A stretch of 64,000 bases of DNA, from the NCBI GenBank assembly GCA_025054615.1, contig JANWZO010000006.1, positions 7,596 to 71,595 of the forward strand. The letters are read 5' to 3'. The position numbers and the translations under genes are program-made. The notes under the pieces are model-generated. The model had not been told where the DNA came from. It saw only the letters and a list, made by a program, of their open reading frames with translations, and ran no database searches. This document shows positions 61,674 to 64,000 of this stretch, piece after piece (within the stretch, counting starts at the first letter, position 1; every line of letters starts with the position of its first letter). Source of the stretch: Kiritimatiellia bacterium (lineage in GTDB: Bacteria; Verrucomicrobiota; Kiritimatiellia; CAIVKH01).

Positions 61674-62132
61674 TCATCCCAGCTTGACGTTGTCCAATGC
61701 CGACCACCGATGATCGCCCGGCGGCTTACAGGAACAGGGCCCCAGGTTCAGGTTCGCCCCGCAATACGGACACAGTCCTTTGCAGGCGGACGAACACACC
61801 GGGTGGTGCGGCAACCGGAGCAGGATATCCTCCCGCAGATCGGGCGTGACATCCACGGCCTCGGACGCGTCCGAAAGTTGATAAGTGCGTAAAAATGACA
61901 TTTCCTCTATGGTTGTCGAGTAAAATTCGGTGCACCTCACGCACTGAAGTTCGAAGAAAGCCCGCACGGAGCCGCGAACGATCAACTGGCCGGAGACCGC
62001 CTGAGCGAACAGCCGGTAGCGCACCGGCCCGCATGGGCGAAACCCGGACTCGTGAATGCTCAAAATCTCCTGAGATTCTTGGCCTTCGAACCACTCGCCC
62101 TCCGGGCGCAATTTGGGAATGTCGATGATCAT
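61674..62132 (-). CDS. yceD: DUF177/YceD protein
   Basis: C.RC, E.ILL.LP, C...CKGLC..CG.NLN...C.C, RW.AL; upstream of rpmF. Confidence 0.93.
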   Translation of the reverse strand: MIIDIPKLRPEGEWFEGQESQEILSIHESGFRPCGPVRYRLFAQAVSGQLIVRGSVRAFFELQCVRCTEFYSTTIEEMSFLRTYQLSDASEAVDVTPDLREDILLRLPHHPVCSSACKGLCPYCGANLNLGPCSCKPPGDHRWSALDNVKLG

Positions 62133-62181
62133 GTCGAGATCCGTCTCATCCGGCTGCCCTACATTGAAAACGTACCGTCCT

Positions 62182-62682
62182 TCACGTCGGCACGCCCCTC
62201 GTCGCGCCCAATCGTTTTTTCAGCGCCCGGTTCACAGCCGCCGGAACCAGCGGAGCTGTTTCGCCGCCAAGCTCGGCCACCTCCCGCACCATTGTGGAAC
62301 TAATATAGCTGTGCGACTCCGAGGTCATCAAGAAAACGGTCTCGATGTCCGGAGCTAGTTTGCGGTTTGTCAAGGCCATCTGGAACTCGTATTCGAAATC
62401 CGTAAAGGCCCGCAGGCCTCGAACGACAATCCGACTGCCTCGCCGGCGAACGTAGTCGATCAGCAGCCCCGAAAAGGGTTCCACATCAACATTTCGAAGG
62501 CTCCGGACGGCAGACCGGACCAACGCGACCCGGTCCTCGACCGAAAACCATGTTTTCTTCCGCGTGGATTCAGCGACGGCGACAACCAGCTCATCGAACA
62601 GCGTCGCGGCCCGGCGGATCACGTCGAGGTGGCCGAGTGTGATGGGATCAAAGGTTCCGGGATATATGGCACGATGTTTCAT
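62182..62682 (-). CDS. coaD: Phosphopantetheine adenylyltransferase
   Basis: YPGTFDPIT.GHLD, RGLR...DFEYE, ISST.V.E; ATGA overlap with rsmD. Confidence 0.98.
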   Translation of the reverse strand: MKHRAIYPGTFDPITLGHLDVIRRAATLFDELVVAVAESTRKKTWFSVEDRVALVRSAVRSLRNVDVEPFSGLLIDYVRRRGSRIVVRGLRAFTDFEYEFQMALTNRKLAPDIETVFLMTSESHSYISSTMVREVAELGGETAPLVPAAVNRALKKRLGATRGVPT

Positions 62683-63233
62683 TCGATTTGTTGTCGGCGG
62701 AACATGCTGACCCGAGTTCCTCCATATCGGCGATCCCAGATGAGGTCCCAACCCGGCCGTCCTTCCGCCTTTTCCGAGGCGCTCATCTCGAAAATCAGCA
62801 AGCCGCCATTTCTGACGATAGACCGCTCCTCCAGCAGGGGCAAGGTCTTTTCCAGCCAGCGATAGGATCGGTGCGGATCGTACGGGGGATCTGCAAACAC
62901 CAAATCGAACGGTTCCAGATGGGCGCGCCTGAGCCAAAGGAAGACATCCGCACAGACTACGGAGCCCGCCCCCGTACAGAGCCCGGCCACGTTTCTGCGG
63001 ATGATCGATGCTGCGGCCGGGTCGACCTCTACCCAGATCACACGGGCCGCGCCCCGGCTAATCGCCTCCAGCCCCAACGAGCCGCTACCCGCAAACAAAT
63101 CCAGCACTCGAGCGCCGACCACAGATTCGCCAAGAGCGGAGAAGATGGCCTGCCGGACCCTATCCTGGGTCGGCCGTATGCCCCGAGGGACCTGAATTTG
63201 GCGACCCCGTAACAGCCCGGATGTGATTCGCAT
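62679..63233 (-). CDS. rsmD: 16S rRNA m2G966 methyltransferase
   Basis: MRI.SG...GR, RPT.DRVR, LDLFAGSG..G.EA.SRGA, DPPY. Confidence 0.96.
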   Translation of the reverse strand: MRITSGLLRGRQIQVPRGIRPTQDRVRQAIFSALGESVVGARVLDLFAGSGSLGLEAISRGAARVIWVEVDPAAASIIRRNVAGLCTGAGSVVCADVFLWLRRAHLEPFDLVFADPPYDPHRSYRWLEKTLPLLEERSIVRNGGLLIFEMSASEKAEGRPGWDLIWDRRYGGTRVSMFRRQQIE

Positions 63234-63412
63234 GAGACAGTTTGGGATCTAAAAGCGGTTCCGAACAATTTCCATTCAGTGCCACCATCTTCGGGCCGAT
63301 TGAATAAAAGGAAAGACCGAATCGTCAGAGGTGACAGCAGGCCGCCATTTGCCGGCGACTTGCGAACGGATGAAAGAGCAGGTATGAATTGTTGGTTGTC
63401 AGGAGGTCTAAC

Positions 63413-64000
63413 ATGCGTCGAGTTATGCTGGCAGCGGGATTGGTAAGCTTGGCGATCACCGGGGGCGGTTGTGCCGCCTTCCGGGCCAAGGTCTCTGATG
63501 TCGACCTGGACCGCAGCCCGCACATGCGCTCGGAGTTCGATTTCAGGGATCTTCGGACTATTTCCGCCGAGGTTGTCGACCGTTTCCTTACCTCCGATTT
63601 CCTCGCCAAACATGACGAGCCGCCCACCATCGCCATCCGCGGCCTAGAGAACCGCACCACGGACTATCTAGACACAAAAGCCATCACAGACACCATGCGG
63701 ACGCGCCTGATCCAGTCCGGCCGCGTTCAATTCGTAAACGTCGAGCGGCGAGAGGATCTGGCAAAGGAGCAGGGTTATCAGGCGGCTAACGCGGCGCCGG
63801 GCACGGCCGTCGCAATCGGTCAGCAGGCGGCTGCACGCTATATGATGACGGGATCGATCATAGAAATGACCCAGCGGTCTCCTCGTCAGGTGCGCCTGAG
63901 CCAGCGGCGCGAGCGATTCTATCAACTGACTGTCGAAGTCACCGACCTGCAAACGGGCCTGATCGCTTGGACTACTCAATACGAATTTGCACGAGCCGAG
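63413..64000 (+). CDS. lpoB: LpoB-family lipoprotein (PBP activator); runs off the window edge
   Basis: Not in ORF track; AGGAGGT then ATG 63413: MRRVMLAAGLVSLAITGGGC...NRTTDYLDTKAITD...L..SG...IGQQ.AARY...G.I...YQLT....DLQTGLIAW. Confidence 0.85.
   Translation, partial: MRRVMLAAGLVSLAITGGGCAAFRAKVSDVDLDRSPHMRSEFDFRDLRTISAEVVDRFLTSDFLAKHDEPPTIAIRGLENRTTDYLDTKAITDTMRTRLIQSGRVQFVNVERREDLAKEQGYQAANAAPGTAVAIGQQAAARYMMTGSIIEMTQRSPRQVRLSQRRERFYQLTVEVTDLQTGLIAWTTQYEFARAE

Noticed and set aside
63266..63286. CAATTTCCATTC match to the 5.8-kb element
   Set aside because: Only one arm is present, with no partner site 31 bp away.

Overview
GC-rich bacterial chromosomal segment of mostly core genes; gene repertoire and protein style suggest the PVC superphylum, possibly Kiritimatiellia/Verrucomicrobiota (inference, not tested). 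Left to right: partial LpxL-like acyltransferase; a very basic 69-aa protein; a troABCD-type Mn/Zn/Fe ABC operon in which both permeases carry C-terminal DtxR-like domains, divergent from an MntR/DtxR repressor with a tandem operator; a beta-propeller protein, DUF3592, CPBP protease and phoX; a HAD plus two unknown glycoside-hydrolase-like genes; tRNA-Arg(TCT), an archaemetzincin-like protein lacking zinc ligands, serS, dimeric dUTPase, trxB, msbA-like, CBS protein; a Yej/Opp peptide ABC set without a binding protein; ruvB, a palindrome array and ruvA; TMTC-like GT-C, era, HhH-GPD, tatA, TPR/BON genes, sodA; three coupled hybrid histidine kinases; FNR-like and a degenerate ApbE; a divergent locus folC-accD-comF <> atypical Hanks kinase-LD-transpeptidase-accA-DUF368-kdsD; DHH; the rsmD-coaD-yceD-rpmF-plsX-fabH-fabD-fabG-acpP-fabF cluster; partial lpoB. 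No mobile element or CRISPR is seen. The main unexplained signal is six copies of TTTCCAT-N3-ATGGAAA at an exact 31-bp period between ruvA and ruvB. Two related composite elements with 31-32 bp site spacing lie at ~5.8 kb and ~53.9 kb, suggesting a dispersed, helically phased protein-binding-site system. The second lead is a kinase with K-to-R, E-to-G and DFG-to-DFD substitutions sitting between accD and accA.
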